Shown piece by piece: positions 10,832-24,544 of a stretch of 64,000 nt of DNA. The notes below the pieces were generated by a model. That model made no database searches. It had not been told where the DNA came from and saw nothing but the letters and a program-made list of their open reading frames with translations. Origin of the DNA: Iphione sp. A-MEVVRFRX5 (lineage: Eukaryota); the NCBI GenBank assembly GCA_976226885.1, contig OZ320317.1, positions 52,886,001 through 52,950,000 of the forward strand. The letters are read 5' to 3'. Both the position numbers and the translations under genes were made by a program. Positions within the stretch are counted from its first letter, which is position 1. Every line of letters begins with the position of its first letter.

Positions 10832-13800
10832 TTCGTAACTTTGCTCATCATTCACCTACAAAAATGCACTGTCACACAATGCACACACGCACGTTCAATA
10901 AACATCCCAGTCTGCGAATGTCTGAGAAAAAAACGTTTACAAGGCCTTGGACTGCAATGCATCCGGACACTCCCACCGGATCCCACCAATAAGGAAACCG
11001 GGCTTTATACAAGACCGAAGTGAACTCCTACACATCATAGGACCACAGCTTTAAGCTGGTGCTGAGTTTAATATACAAGCCCCATTCATATCACTTCGTG
11101 AGGGTACTTGGACATTTTCTTTAGTATCAATTTACCTTCACACTTTCCTCGTATAGAATGAAACTAGTGTGTATGATAAACATTTAAGGGCTGCTGATAC
11201 GAAGCAGCCTGGCACTAATGTAAATAAATCTATAACTTGCGATAATATTCATTGCTGGAACCATACTCAAGAACTGCCCCTCGGTCGATTCCTAATGGCA
11301 ACAGCGCGCTCAGACAATTACGTCTAAAAAGGCGGAGTAAAACATAAATTAAATGATTAGCTTTTAATTGAACACGTCGTGTTCCCCTTCACATGGCGGA
11401 TGAAAAAACGGAAGGATAATTCCAGACATATAACCCCCCTGCTCTTTGCTGAGCTGGTTACTTAGTGCTATGGCAAGCAGCATAGCTACGAGGAGATATA
11501 AGTACTTACGTATACATTTTTGTTACCTTGTATGAGCATAGCCTCTCAGACGGTCTTTATCATAAACTGTGTTTTATGGCATACCGTCCAGATGCAAAGC
11601 GAACAATCTTAATAAATATAATTTCCTCCAAACGCGTCACATAAAGCGCTTTCCTCTGCCAAGTGCATGGACAAATTTTACATCTACAGAAGGTGCTCCT
11701 TAAAACACGCTATGTACATTAACAGTCAGTTCGCATTTTATCGAGTGGTTTTGTGTGAACTGTTCGCATTAATAGTATCGTTGAGCATCAGGTCGTCATT
11801 TTCCGACTGCTCAGGGCGAGGAAAAAGTGTTTTTTTTTCTAAAGACGCAGCTAAGAGAAAACGGCTCGCTTGGAAATGCGCTTGAACAAAACATAACACA
11901 TGTATCTCTTTTCCAGCCTGGACGGAAAACTGGAGGTATTACGAATCAGAGGTACTACCGCGAGGTTCCTCTGGAAGTCCATGTGCATCCAATCCGAACT
12001 AGTTCGTGTATAAGCTTCCTCAGAAATCTAGGGTAGCAGGGGGCCTGGCAGCAAAGCATTGTTCAGTCATCCCTGTTCGTATCTAACCAGGTTAGGTGTT
12101 CCTCGACCAGGCCTCATGCAGGGTATGAACCGAGGAGAAGAGTGGACCCTGAACGGTTCGACTGCAATAATCTCATCAGTGACAGCTGCTGTTAGGGTGA
12201 CGGATTGGAGCTGAAAGCCTGACGGGTCAAACGGGGCCAAGGACAGCTCTGGGCTGGGTCTTTGCATGAGAGAGGACCTGGTAGACCCTGATACTTACAC
12301 TAATCTAATTGCTCCTGGCGTCCAATAAATCCCATTCACTAGCCCTGGTAACAAGGGTGCGATAGCAAGGAAAGCACTGCAAACAAATCGCCCGGCCCAT
12401 ATCTGGGAGGAAAAAGAAAACGGTTGAGGCGAATAAATCAAGAGAAACACAGGCGCACCGCATGAAATAAAACGGCACGGACGGCGACGGTTCGTTTGCG
12501 CCTTCCCTCTGGTTGTCAGTGGGCTGTTCAACCACTGTTAGAGTGGGATGGCGCCCACGCCATTATCACGTGGTTAAGTAGCAACACAAGAGGAGACCAA
12601 ACCCACAGACAGGTTCGCAGACGCAGACACAGCCTTCTACTCCCGCTATTGTTTGAGCACAACATACAACAGCCCCGGCTGGTGGTCACAGCCACAAAAG
12701 GTTCCCGACAAGCAGTAACACAATGCCTGCTGGCCAGAGTGGTCGTAAGGAAAGGCGCCGTACGATGAGAAAGACCCATCTACTCTGTGTCAACCTGCGC
12801 CAATCAAAGAGGGCGTCCGAGCGAATGTCACTGCGGCTGATACGCGCGTACGTTTTATCAGCGTATGCTGCAAACAGGGCAAAGAAGTGTGAAATGTGGT
12901 CAGTGGAATACAAACAGCAATCAGCCTCCCAATCCACTCCGCCAACGAGGAAAAAAAGTCATTTTTAACTCGCCCCTTCCTGCTCCCCCACAAACTTTTA
13001 ATTTGTTCAATCAGCAGGCCGATTCTTTCCGTTTGGTGTCATTTGTCTGAGGCTTTCCTGCTCGCCAAAAACCATTAGTAAAGGACTCGTGGTGTGGCCG
13101 GTCTGGCTGTGACCGCAGTGTCATCGAACGTAAACAAAGCGCCCCTCGACGTGATAAACACACATTAGGGAGGACGATTCGGGACGCTTCTCTAGCAGGA
13201 AGAACTATTTTTTTGGCCTCGGCCAGGATGAACCAGAGAAGCTTGCAGAAGGTCGGCCATGGAACCCCTCGTGTATATCAGTGTCAAACGGCCGTTAATA
13301 ATATTGCAAATTGGACGCCGAAAGCTATTTGTCCATCGCAGCCCGCTGTCTAGAAAGCTAAGGAAGCAACGGCAGTAGTAACATAGAAAATCAACTGCAA
13401 CTGTATTACAAAACTCCAAACACATTATGACCCTAAAGAGTATTTCTACTAAAGTAAACACATGTGTACAAAAATATGCATGTGCTTCACAAAGAAGACT
13501 TAAAATGCTTTAGGCGTTTTAAAACTTGAACACCCACTTAAACAACGACTACCGCCTGGTATAAAGTTGTTTACATCAATAAAATCGCCATTGGGAAAAA
13601 AACAAATAGCTGAAAGATTTAAGGCATTTAAGGCAGATTTTAGGTTAAGTTTTTAGTTTAGCAATACTCGCATCAAAAGCCTCCTTTCGTAACAATGCGA
13701 GCACAGTCCATGTTAAAATGGCCTTTTTACCAATCATTTAACCACTAGCCATATCTCCCGATACGGCAAGGAGATATGAAAGCCCCAGATACAAATAAAA

Positions 13801-16800
13801 TTACAGGAATGGAATATCTTCGGTCGATTTAAAATATTTATGACACCATTCGAGTACATCTATTTGCTTGGGGTGGTACCACATTCTATCATCCTTATCA
13901 ACGAAACTCTCTTCGCCCAACCCATTGCTGATCTTGAACCGAAAAACGGTCGATCGCTCACGGCCTTGGGCGGCAGATACTAGCCGTCGTCATGGCAATC
14001 TTTGTAATAGCCGGTGCATTAGATTTCCGCCCAGGTTTTTCGTCCTCCATTTCGTCTAAATTCGTTGATGCTTCCAAACGGCGGGACCTAATTTGATAGT
14101 CCTCCAACGAACGCCTTTAATTGCATTCTTTCTTCCCTGTTCCTGTCTGGGCGACAGCCGGAGCTCTTCTTGGCAGCGCAGTGATGGAGCCAAGAGCACT
14201 AGCACCAGTAATTTACCCTACCTCACAGTTCAGGCTGAAAGAAGATAATGATAAAACTGAAATCTTTTACCAACGACCATATACCAAACTTTTTGGGTAC
14301 TTTTGCATTATCGCTCAAAATCGACGTTCAGTTGCTCCAATCTTACAAAAACACGAACACGAACAGCATGCAGTTCGATATCTGGAACCGTGCCAAAGGG
14401 TAATAAGCAAGACTGTTCACATTCTACGGAGGGGAATGCATCTGGGAGGGTTTTATTACGGCTTCGCCAGTTTGCTCTTCATGAATTAAACGACTTTTCT
14501 AACTCCCTCTTCAGAATAAACAGATCTAGATCATGTACTGACATTGTATGTCCATGAGAACAGTGGGACTTGAAATCAGCTACTGTGTCACGGACCACGT
14601 TATAAGTCCGTCGACCTTCCTTGGAAGGAAGGTTATTAGTATGTCCATGGCAAGGAGGCAAATTCATAAACATAAAAATTGAATAGTTGCAGAAACACAG
14701 CCATCAGTTTTTTTACCAGAAGTTTCTGTAAGATAATCAGGAGATGGATGCATACATTTAAACAAAAGGAAAAGCGCACAAATAAATATGGCTGATATGT
14801 TCTGGGCAAATGTCATCCCGTTTGTGTCCTATTCATCGATGGCCTTCTGATACCCACTCAACGACACAGTATGGAATGATATACGTGCTAGAGAACGCAA
14901 AAGAAATTGCAAGAGTGGCACACACTATGTTCATATCCCCATAAGCTTAAAAACGGTAAAACTAAATCAAGAACATTATCTGCAAGTTTTGTTTTTTTTT
15001 TAATCTTCTCGTAGAGTCTACACTAGGACGGCAGGATAAGATGGCGACTACAAAACACGTTCGAGACGATTGGATGCATGGGTCAATTGTTGATTGCGAG
15101 TTTTCCACTTTTGCCAATCGAAAATTTTCCCCTCATGGTGACTGATTGCGAATGGTAAAAAAGAATCCGAGATGGTGAAAAAAGATGGTGGGAGGGAGAG
15201 AATAAAAATTTTGTTAAGGGGTCGCAGAGCGCATGTGGTCTGCAGATAATGACCTGGGAATCTGCTAGACCGCATGACTATCGCCATGGGCCTCCCATCA
15301 TCATGCGGGCGGGAATGTGTGGAGACTGGACCGAGTCCTAATCGATGAAAGGAATTCCTCCGGAGACGCATACAGCATTTAGGCCATCGGCATTTACAGA
15401 GTCGACATCGTCTCCAATTCAAAGGGAACAACGACGACGACTGAAACTGATACGGAAAGAGGAATTTTCACAGAATGATCCTTCATTCTTTTCGCGAGAC
15501 TTCCGTGGTTGTTATAATGCCTCTGTATGGGAACGGCCTCAGATCATCATCTCCAAACACTCGAGAACGTACGGCTGCGAGACGTGGAAAATATCGTCTG
15601 CTCAGAGTCATTTATAGCGCGCCACTGTTCTAATGGATGCCGCCATCGGCAAATGCACTTCGCATCATACAAGCAGTCTCACTGCGCGTCCTCTTTGTTA
15701 TCGACTGTAACAGTTGCTTCCTCTTCCTACAAATTTAAATATTATGAAATATCACGGGGAAACTTTCAGTGCGCAATGTCTCTATAAAGCGTTTTAATGA
15801 AACCTTGTTCATGCATCAAACATCATATTCCAGCAATTAGTGGGGTAATTAAACGCCAGGGCTGGAGAAAAGCGACGTGTATCATCCATTACAAGCAGGG
15901 AGCAAATAAGGTAGGGCGCAGAATACAATTCCTATCCATTACCAATGCGTGAAGACGGGCTACATCTGATACAATTTGGATGGGTGAAAGACAATGTCTC
16001 GCTTAGTCCACTTGTACTAATTCCTGTAGCAGACACTTGAGCCTTGGCCACTAATTGCACGCCTGGTTACAGGAGCCGGAGGCAATTTGTCAGATTTTAA
16101 TGGACGAGACTGGTTTTTCCTTGCAGCCCATCTACCCAAGCACTGCACTACATCAGCCGACTACCTAGAGTGGTAGCTGCATGGACGTTGGCCATAAATA
16201 CGACCATAGGACGCTGGTATTTCTAAACAACAGGCTGCAAGATTCCCTGAACGCCATAGGGTACATCAAAAGTGGCCTTTTGTTAGACATAAATCTCTTC
16301 GCACTGTCAGCTGTTACACATTCAAGATAACAAGTCTCCGACACGTATAACTCAAACAACCTGGCAAAATGCTTTTCAAATATGATGATAAGATAAGGCA
16401 AACGCTGCGTCATGCGCTGCACCATCGCCTCATTGTGTAAACGATATAGAAGCTAATGTCATAACACGTAATTTGGAAAGGATATTGAATAATTAGCGGC
16501 CAGGCCAGTCAGGTAGTCAGGGATATGGACTACATGGTCCTAGACTCTGAGCAACAATAATTACATTGTCATCTTTTCACATTGACCCCAATATGTTCCC
16601 TCCTTTTCTTCAGTGATCAAAAGGGAACCCACCTCCTTTACTCAGATGAACTCTGTTAGGAAGACTCATTTTGCGTTACGACGTAAATCGGTTGAAAACA
16701 CAGACACTGAAAAACCCCACACTCCCATTTCTCATGCTACTCACGAAACCACGTTGGATGCCACAGGAACGCAAGTATCTAGGCTGTGGCCAGGCAGGCG

Positions 16801-17950
16801 TGATTGTAGATCAATCAATTCATTGTGCCTTGGCAGGGACAGAGCTCGGCCACACTGATCCTCTATTCATCCCAGTGATGCATCTGTCTAAAACTGCGCT
16901 ATGTACTAAGCTCACTTGGATCCCAGATGCAGTTTGTCCATTTATTTTTCCGCTGCCTTCTGGCTCTCCTCTTCCCTCAATCTTCCCAAATAGTTCCACA
17001 TGCTCAAGCGACCTTAGCTCCGAAATATTGCTTTCATCTAGATCCAATGCATTTCCCGATCTCGTCACTTATCGTCATCATGCATCAGAACTTAGCACCG
17101 AGTTCAAGACACTGTGAAGGTAATTAAAACAGTTCTACAAAAAGAAGAGAAATTACTGTGCGTGGCAAAAAGTGTTCTACCCCCACCTTCAAACAGTTGC
17201 TGATGGGGAACAGAAAGAAACGCATACATGTACACGTAAAACCTCGATTTTTTTCCGGCCTAGAGGTTCTATTTGACGATTATCGAACAGTCTGTCGTGA
17301 CAAACATGCTTGATTATCCGGTTCGGCTTCCTGTTTCCAGACAGCTTCCAAACAATAATTTGTCGTCTGCTTTTTCCATGCCAATGCCGATGCAAGTAAG
17401 GCGGTAAATTACACTCTACTTCCTGACTCGCAGTGTTCTACTTCCCTTCATTAGACAGCCATTGCGCAGTAGTCCACCTCAACTGGAGTGTGCCAAGTAG
17501 AATGCAACTCATTCTTACACGGACAAAAATTGTTGAATCCTTTCCAATGTGCACCAATTGTGGGGAAGAGTAACATCTCACTGCAATCATTATAGGACGA
17601 CCATTATGTTAAATGAGGCTTACAGTCAAGAACGAGCCCATTTAGGTCAATGTGACATCATTAGGCCAAATCATAGTACATATATGTTATTATAACTACC
17701 GCGGGGAAGGAAAAGACATGCCGGTAGGGGGATTCTGCCTGGCTGTCTGGTTATCATTACTGGAAATCACTGTCAATTTTCATATAAGCATCATTCAGTG
17801 TGCCAATATTCCAGCCGATTCGTTTGCTTGCTGAATGACGGTTCTGTTAAGTAGGAGCGAACAGTGCTAATAACGGCACATTAAGAACATTTAACAGCGT
17901 TCTATATATAAATATCTATCCATGCTAACTGAGTCTTAAAAGAACAAATT

Positions 17951-18300
17951 TCAGCCGTAAGCAACTTTCATCTGCCCTAGATCAGACACATCGTATATAC
18001 TAATTGCCGCCTGGGCAGCATTTATGTGCACACTGTGTCCCTTAAACTTATTTGGATCAATACCTGCAAGGAACCAGTGGGCCTTGATCCATGGGCTTAG
18101 TTCCAGCCAACTGTTCTTGTGAGGTTTGTGAACGCCACTCATTAAGGCACAAACTTTCTTTTCCGAAGTATTTCATTCCTGTAATAGGCTACATCGGGTT
18201 CCGAACTCTACTCTGTCTAAGCTGTCTAGAAGTGAACATGTAGCATATCTGATCAGTTCCACTTCTTGCACCAACTGAACGGTGATGATCCTACTTTAGA
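17951..18300 (-). mobile_element. Tyrosine recombinase remnant of a DIRS/Ngaro-like retrotransposon (pseudogenised)
   Basis: Frameshifted minus-strand motifs in canonical order: RSGTDQ (cf. SKTDQ), NLTR (cf. PLTR), AGIDPNKFKGHSVHINAA (cf. GLD...KGHSFRIGAA), LGQMKVAY (cf. LGRWKS.AY). Confidence 0.65.
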
Positions 18301-21300
18301 TATACATGTAATGACATACAATATAGTCGGTTATGTCCAATCCTTTTCAGCGCATAATGATCCCGTGACAAATACTCAATTAAATGCATTATACTTTTAC
18401 CAAAATTAAACAGTGTGGAAAAAGAGTCTTTTACAGGGTATGGAGGGGGGGAGGCTCTAGTCGAATTCAAATGTGCACAGGCAAAATGAACCCAGGGATC
18501 GGTTTGTATCATTTAGTCTTCTGAACGATGCCACCACAAGTAGAGGCAACCCCGTTCACCGTCCGCTCCGCATCCGTAATGCACCATTGTAGGATTTCTA
18601 AGGAACAGAAAAACTGAATCAGCACCACCCCTATCGAGACGCGGCGCAGTGACTCGATCTCCACGTAAAGATGAAAATCTCCACCATACTGTCCGGGCTA
18701 AAACATGGGTCAGTTACCGGCTACTGCTGGCTACACGCATCAGGAAATCAAATGCGACAAATATACGGAACGGAGGGCAAGTATATATTCTTCACGTCAG
18801 TTCTTCATGAGAGGGCGAGTCAACTTCCAACAATAAGCACCGCGAACCAGTGAACAGACCTAAGGTATTGGATTTTGCGACTCCTTCCCTCCCTGCTTTG
18901 TACATAACATGTAGAAGAACAAACATTTCTGGTGGGTAAGGCAAATCAAGGATAACTGATGTGGCCTTAGGTCTCATTCTAAATCACGAATAGGATTGGT
19001 GCATACACTCGCATTGGCAATGCCGCATTGTGCCAAGTAGAAATACACTAGTCAATGGTCTGCGGTCAGTGTAACAGAACACCTGCCAAAGGCCGAGGGG
19101 ACAGCCTGTTGGACATTGTTGGTGGAGAAAGCCAGGTCCGACATAAATTTAGGCGAATAGAAATAACCCAGATAGGTACACATGCCTTTACAGCGTTGTG
19201 CTGTGGCAGATTGGGGGATGTTGGTTGAAAAAACAGCTAAACCCCGAACATCTGTCTGCTGTTCATGCTACATGTACATGGACACACATGCACAAGTAAG
19301 AGAGGCAGAGATTAAAATCTGTCCAGTGTTGTACGGTGAAAAAACCGGAATGGGTTAATTCTAGGGCGCCTAAGTGCACCCCACAGTCGATTCCGACGTA
19401 CATTACAGCTGAAATGGGAGAAGGGGGACCACTCTTTGGCCAAATCCCAGTGGAATCTGCCTATTCCAGGCCTAATACTGGGGACTAATATAAGGATATC
19501 AGCCGCCAGAGACCCTTTGACAGAACTGATTCTCTGTCCATATCCTTAGTCAGGGAAGACTGTAGAGGAGTAAAACAGGTTTACCACGCCGTGGAAGGAC
19601 ACCGTCTGTGATGGAATACATGTACTCGGCGAACGGCTGCCAAGGACGACAAAGCCATTTAGGAGATAACATACGTACCACGAACCACAATCACCATCTC
19701 ACTAAGTCAGCTGGCCTGCTTAAGGCTCGCCCCGTCTCATTAAAACAATACCATTATCTTAAAAGTACGTCCCCCCCCTCGTCCCCTTTAAAATCTACGC
19801 CCATGTCTTAAAATGAGTACCTTCGGAGATAAAAGGCTATATTCAGCCACAGTGCGCCTTCATATGGAGTCCCCTGTCTATTAGGATAGGCTCTATTTAT
19901 TATGCAGATGCCAGGGGCCGTGTGTGGCATACGGTGCGGGCTTCCACGGAAACGGCAAGACAGTATTCGCCTCGTAAAAGTTGTATGGTGTTGATATCTG
20001 TATTCTGGTAGGGGGGAACCTTTAAACTTTATTATCGATTTAGTGTGTAAAGTAGGGAAAAATGACAGCAAAAAAACAATAAATTTAAACGAAGTGTTTT
20101 AATGTAGGATTACATTGACTTATTAAAGGTTAATCATTTTCCTCACTTACTGCAGTAAAAAAATAACTTCAAAGGAAAGATGGTGGACACTTAGACATAG
20201 AAACCGGGCAAACACCACAACATGCAATATGAACAAATAAGCGACATTCACGTTCCTCAAAGTAATGGGAGTATCATCAAACAATAATCACTTCTGTGAA
20301 ACCTGAGACGCCATTGCACCAACAAGAGCCGATTGTTATCACAAGTATTCGCTTGTAGGTTGTTATTCCCATCAGAGCAAACTTAACGAGGAAAACTATA
20401 TGTTTACCTTTTTATCCATACTTAGCTAGAGAGCTGTCTTTGTTGCCTTAGAAGGGTATTAGGTGCACCTCTCTCCAAAGTCTCTGAGTAGCAGCCATCG
20501 CAAGTCTTTGTAATGAGTGTTAACAAAGGCAGGCAGGAAGGCTGCCCGCGCTTCTCGTCCCGGAGGAACACCGACACCTATCAATATCCCTTACCAATCT
20601 TGTCTGCTGACACTGAGAAGAAAAACTCACCTGAAGTAAAGAAGAAAAACAACTGGTAAGCAACTGATACAAAGAAAAAATAGATAGGGCACGAATTCAC
20701 AATGCGAGCTTGTACCACGGGCGATTAACTCGTCGTGATCAACTTCAGAATGGTATTAGGAATGCATTGTTTTGGGGGGTTGAGAATATAACAGTCGCAC
20801 AAAAGGCATTGGAATTGATCAAAAACCTCCACTCTCCATCACAATATATGAAGAGCAGAAGAGTGGGTGTTGTGTGATGAGTACCCTTTCTATTTAATTT
20901 CAACCAGCTCTAGCTCAAAAGATTAATTTGTCTACACACTAATGGGGCGATTAACTTCTGGGCGAAATACCAACTGCACCGAGTTGTGATGAACCGTAAA
21001 CTGAAAAACCTAGCCCCAGACTGAATTGAATGGATGTCAATACATATCCGTATTACGCAGCCTCAAGTCAGAAATTTAAAAGGGTATCCGCCCTCCAAAG
21101 ACGAGCCTCATCAAAAGGGGTTATTACATCAATATGAAATCGGGTTCTTTCCATACAACAAACTACAGCCATTTACAAAGCCTTTCGCTGATTTCTCGAC
21201 AAGTCCCAGACAACAAGAAGGAGGCATGGGGGAGCTATTGTGAACCAGTTCACGTTGTCCAACGAGTTTTGTATTGATCTTGGACTTTTTTTCGAGCGGG

Positions 21301-21553
21301 AACAGGTAAGTTATTATTACGAGTTGTGTGGAGGAGTAACTCCTTGCTAATAACATGTTCTTGTGAAGGAGACTCCCTTGTCCGTTGTCGGGTCAAAGAT
21401 ATAATCTCCTCGTCAACAACGCCCTTAAAATTGCAGGTTTAGTTGGTGAGTGACTATCATGAGAGGGGATAAGCGGCAATGTAGGAGTCTTATCGGAATG
21501 ATGTTCTATTTACTCGGTGCACACACACACACAGTGTCAGTGAAATGAATAAT

Positions 21554-21585
21554 GGGGGGTCGGGGTGGGGGTAGGGGTCAAGGGG
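21554..21585 (+). other. G-quadruplex-forming motif
   Basis: GGGGGGTCGGGGTGGGGGTAGGGGTCAAGGGG: five G-runs of 4 or more with 1-4-nt loops. Confidence 0.6.
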
Positions 21586-23825
21586 CGTGGTATTCAAGGT
21601 TTACCTGACATATGACCATGCGGTTGGGTGGCACGATGAACTAAATCAAACAAACCTAGGAGGGCCCAGCCCACCTGCTGATTTACTTGAACTCCCATCC
21701 CCTCTCTTGTCGGACAGTACGTACCCGTGAGAATACATGTAATTGACGTACATATTCAAACAAACCGGTGGAACTACTGGAGTGTGTTATTTGAACTGCC
21801 TGGGTAAGAACCCACTTGATATACCGGAGGAGGGGAAAGGGTGAGAAAAAACTGGCTGAAGGAAAGAGTCTAGGGCCCTAGCTCTGACATGAGGAACGCT
21901 ATGAAAGAGAAACACGAGAACATGCGAGTACTATACCCTTCAGTCATATTTAAACGAGTGGAGAGAGGTAAATAGTCATTTGTTTACCGCCCAGGAGACA
22001 GGTATCTGCAAACCAATTATATGTACAGGGAAGCTGCACCACCAGAATATGGGTAGGGTGATAATATTGGGTTGCATTTGTACAGGTACTTGTGCTTCCT
22101 ATCCCCTGCTGCACGCGTGCGTTCTCTGCTTACACCCATTTTACTATGGAAACACAGTCTGGGAAGCCGTTTTGACGACCAGTTTCCAATCAGGATGCAT
22201 CTCAGTTCAAAACACTTCTGCTCAGACTAGAATGAAAGCCTTGGTATTTATGAAGTTTGTAATCAGGGCATGTTTCAAAGCAGGATAATTTCGCAAGGCA
22301 GCAAAGAAGCCCTCATTATAAGCTTACTACTGTATTCACAGCCGAACATGTCAATAAACTGCTCATATGGAATTCACCCTACACTTACTTGTGTTTTTGT
22401 GCTACCACTTGTTTCAAGTAACGCAACGCAAACAAACTGCCTTCTAGTTGCTGCAATCTAACCCCCCCCCCCCAACTTGCTTGCGCACCTTTTTTTTTTT
22501 GGGGGGGGGGCCTCGCATCCAGTCTTTTCTCTCGGATGCTCCTCTTCCCGACACCATCCTTTCCCGCCCCTTCTTCCGTTCATTCTTGCTCATCCTACTA
22601 CAAGTATTCGGGTTAGAAGAGGTAGTCATGTCCCCACTGTTTTCACAGGCCATGCTCACGAGGGAGAGAGTCTTCTGTCTCACACAGCCATCTTCGAGCT
22701 ACATGCAGCATTTCTAGAGATCACAGACCCCAATCATCAGAGGTCCCCGCAAGCCAGCCCTCCCCATCTTGGCTTTCTTCGTCTGAACATGTGTTCGCTT
22801 TAGAAGTGGCCGTAGCCAATACATCGAGTCATTTCCCTCTGGAGAGACATTTCTATTGAGGAGGTCGCCCTCTACAACTCGTAAAGATGGTTCGGTAATT
22901 AAAACGCAGCCGTAGCCCATGGACCGGTCGAACCTTTCTGTCAGCTTAATTCAATTCGTAAATGGTATACTGGCTTCGCCATGTCCAGAAATCAGCCACC
23001 TCAGACCGCCGCCGAGGCCGGCAGAGGAATATATGTGCCGGACGATCTGAATGTACGCAAGTGGAATTATGGGCCCAACCAGGAAAGTAAATAAGCCCGG
23101 TCGACCCGAGCCGGCGCTCGCCAGATCAGCGAGCGCTCGGCCGGTGTTCACGTATGCCACCCAGACAGGACCATTTACCTCTTTATAAGTTTCACCCAGA
23201 GTCTGCTGTATCCCCTGGCTCCTGGCGGAAGCCGATATCCGCAATCCACGCTAGACTTGTACACATCTGCCGTAAGGGATGGTGTGAGGGCCCGGTGTAA
23301 ATAACGCAGGCATAAGCTGTAGGAATGATACAACGGTAACGCAACCTCAGCTAGACACATATATGACGGTTTAAGAAGAATTAAGTAAACCTAATCTTTA
23401 TGTAGCGTCAAGAAAAACTGTCGGGGTCATGTGCTCGTCTTCCTGTAAGCTAAATTCCGCTCATCGCTATTAGAATAATTCATTACCGTTAGCCCAGCGG
23501 AGTGGTGTGGCCGTGCAGGTGAGCCCAACACCGCCTGACCCCCTTGGAAGGGCAACCCGTAAAGTTGGAGGCACTGGCGGGCAAACAGACGGGACCCCGA
23601 TACAAAGTACAGATGGAGCAGACTACTTGCTATGCCGCGTGGAGGCCACTCGTGCTGCATCCCTCTCGGTAGGCGGGCTTCATGCGCCGCCTACCGGGGC
23701 TGTTGGGCCTGGCAGCAGGGAAAAGGTCCAAATGAGAGGAGGAGGGGGCCCCGACCATAGTGACCCGATTCAAAGAAGGACCAACTGCCATATATAGCAT
23801 ATAAGGAGGAGCGGCCTTAATATAA

Positions 23826-23826
<1 letters not shown>

Positions 23827-23872
<46 letters not shown>

Positions 23873-23904
23873 CACGCGCGCGCGCGCGCGCGCGCGCGCG
23901 CACG
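23827..23904. repeat. Compound microsatellite (CA)n-(CG)13; 78-bp alternating purine/pyrimidine tract
   Basis: Read directly; the pure CG run is 23875-23900. Confidence 0.95.
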
Positions 23905-24433
23905 ATTCGTCATAGAAATACAGAGCAGAAGTACAAAATGTTTCTTAAAAAGTAGTTTTCTAGCACCAAATCACGATATGGAACGCACTGTCCTATTTGC
24001 ATTTTATCGACAGCACCAAGTAGTATAAAAGACAAGGTTAAAACAAAAGGAAAGCTGACTGAGTAAGGGAGTGGGGGCAGAAAAATGAATGCGGCTGAAA
24101 ATCAAGTTAGTTGTGTAAATGTAAGAACAAGAAACCAAAAATGGTCAGACCGGGTTAAAGACAATGCATTGATTAATCTAAATCTAGCATGACCCTGGCT
24201 GGATTAACCTTATAAATGTAAGAGTATAAAGGCAAAAAAGGAGCCAATATAAACAGTCAGCTAAAAGACTCCCGTTTGTTAATGCTTTCAGTGCAGCTGA
24301 CCTCAAAAACTGCAGGCCGGCGTCTATCTACATATTTATGCCGTAAAAAAATTAATGTCTTGCAGGCGTGGAAAATGAAGTAGTTGGACCACAGCTGCGG
24401 TTGCTATGGAGATCACGAAAAGCCATCCCTACG

Positions 24434-24544
24434 CCCTTCTACACACAATTAGATTCGCTAGCTCCTGGCAGTTCGCATACCCTTCTACACACAGACACCA
24501 ATGCAGTCGCGGGTACATGTATTTAGCGTACCCTTCTACACACA
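24434..24544. repeat. Three identical 14-mers (CCCTTCTACACACA) separated by 32- and 37-nt spacers
   Basis: Copies at 24434-24447, 24480-24493 and 24531-24544. Confidence 0.85.

Noticed and set aside
12141-12190. Hammerhead-like CUGAUGA-GAUU...AGUC-GAAC on the minus strand
   Set aside because: GAAC instead of GAAA, no stem I complement and no PLE nearby.
12067-12267. DIRS recombinase-like LSLAPFDP
   Set aside because: Isolated motif with no other recombinase boxes in order.
24434-24544. True CRISPR array
   Set aside because: 14-bp non-palindromic repeat, only three copies, eukaryotic context and no cas genes; kept only as a repeat.
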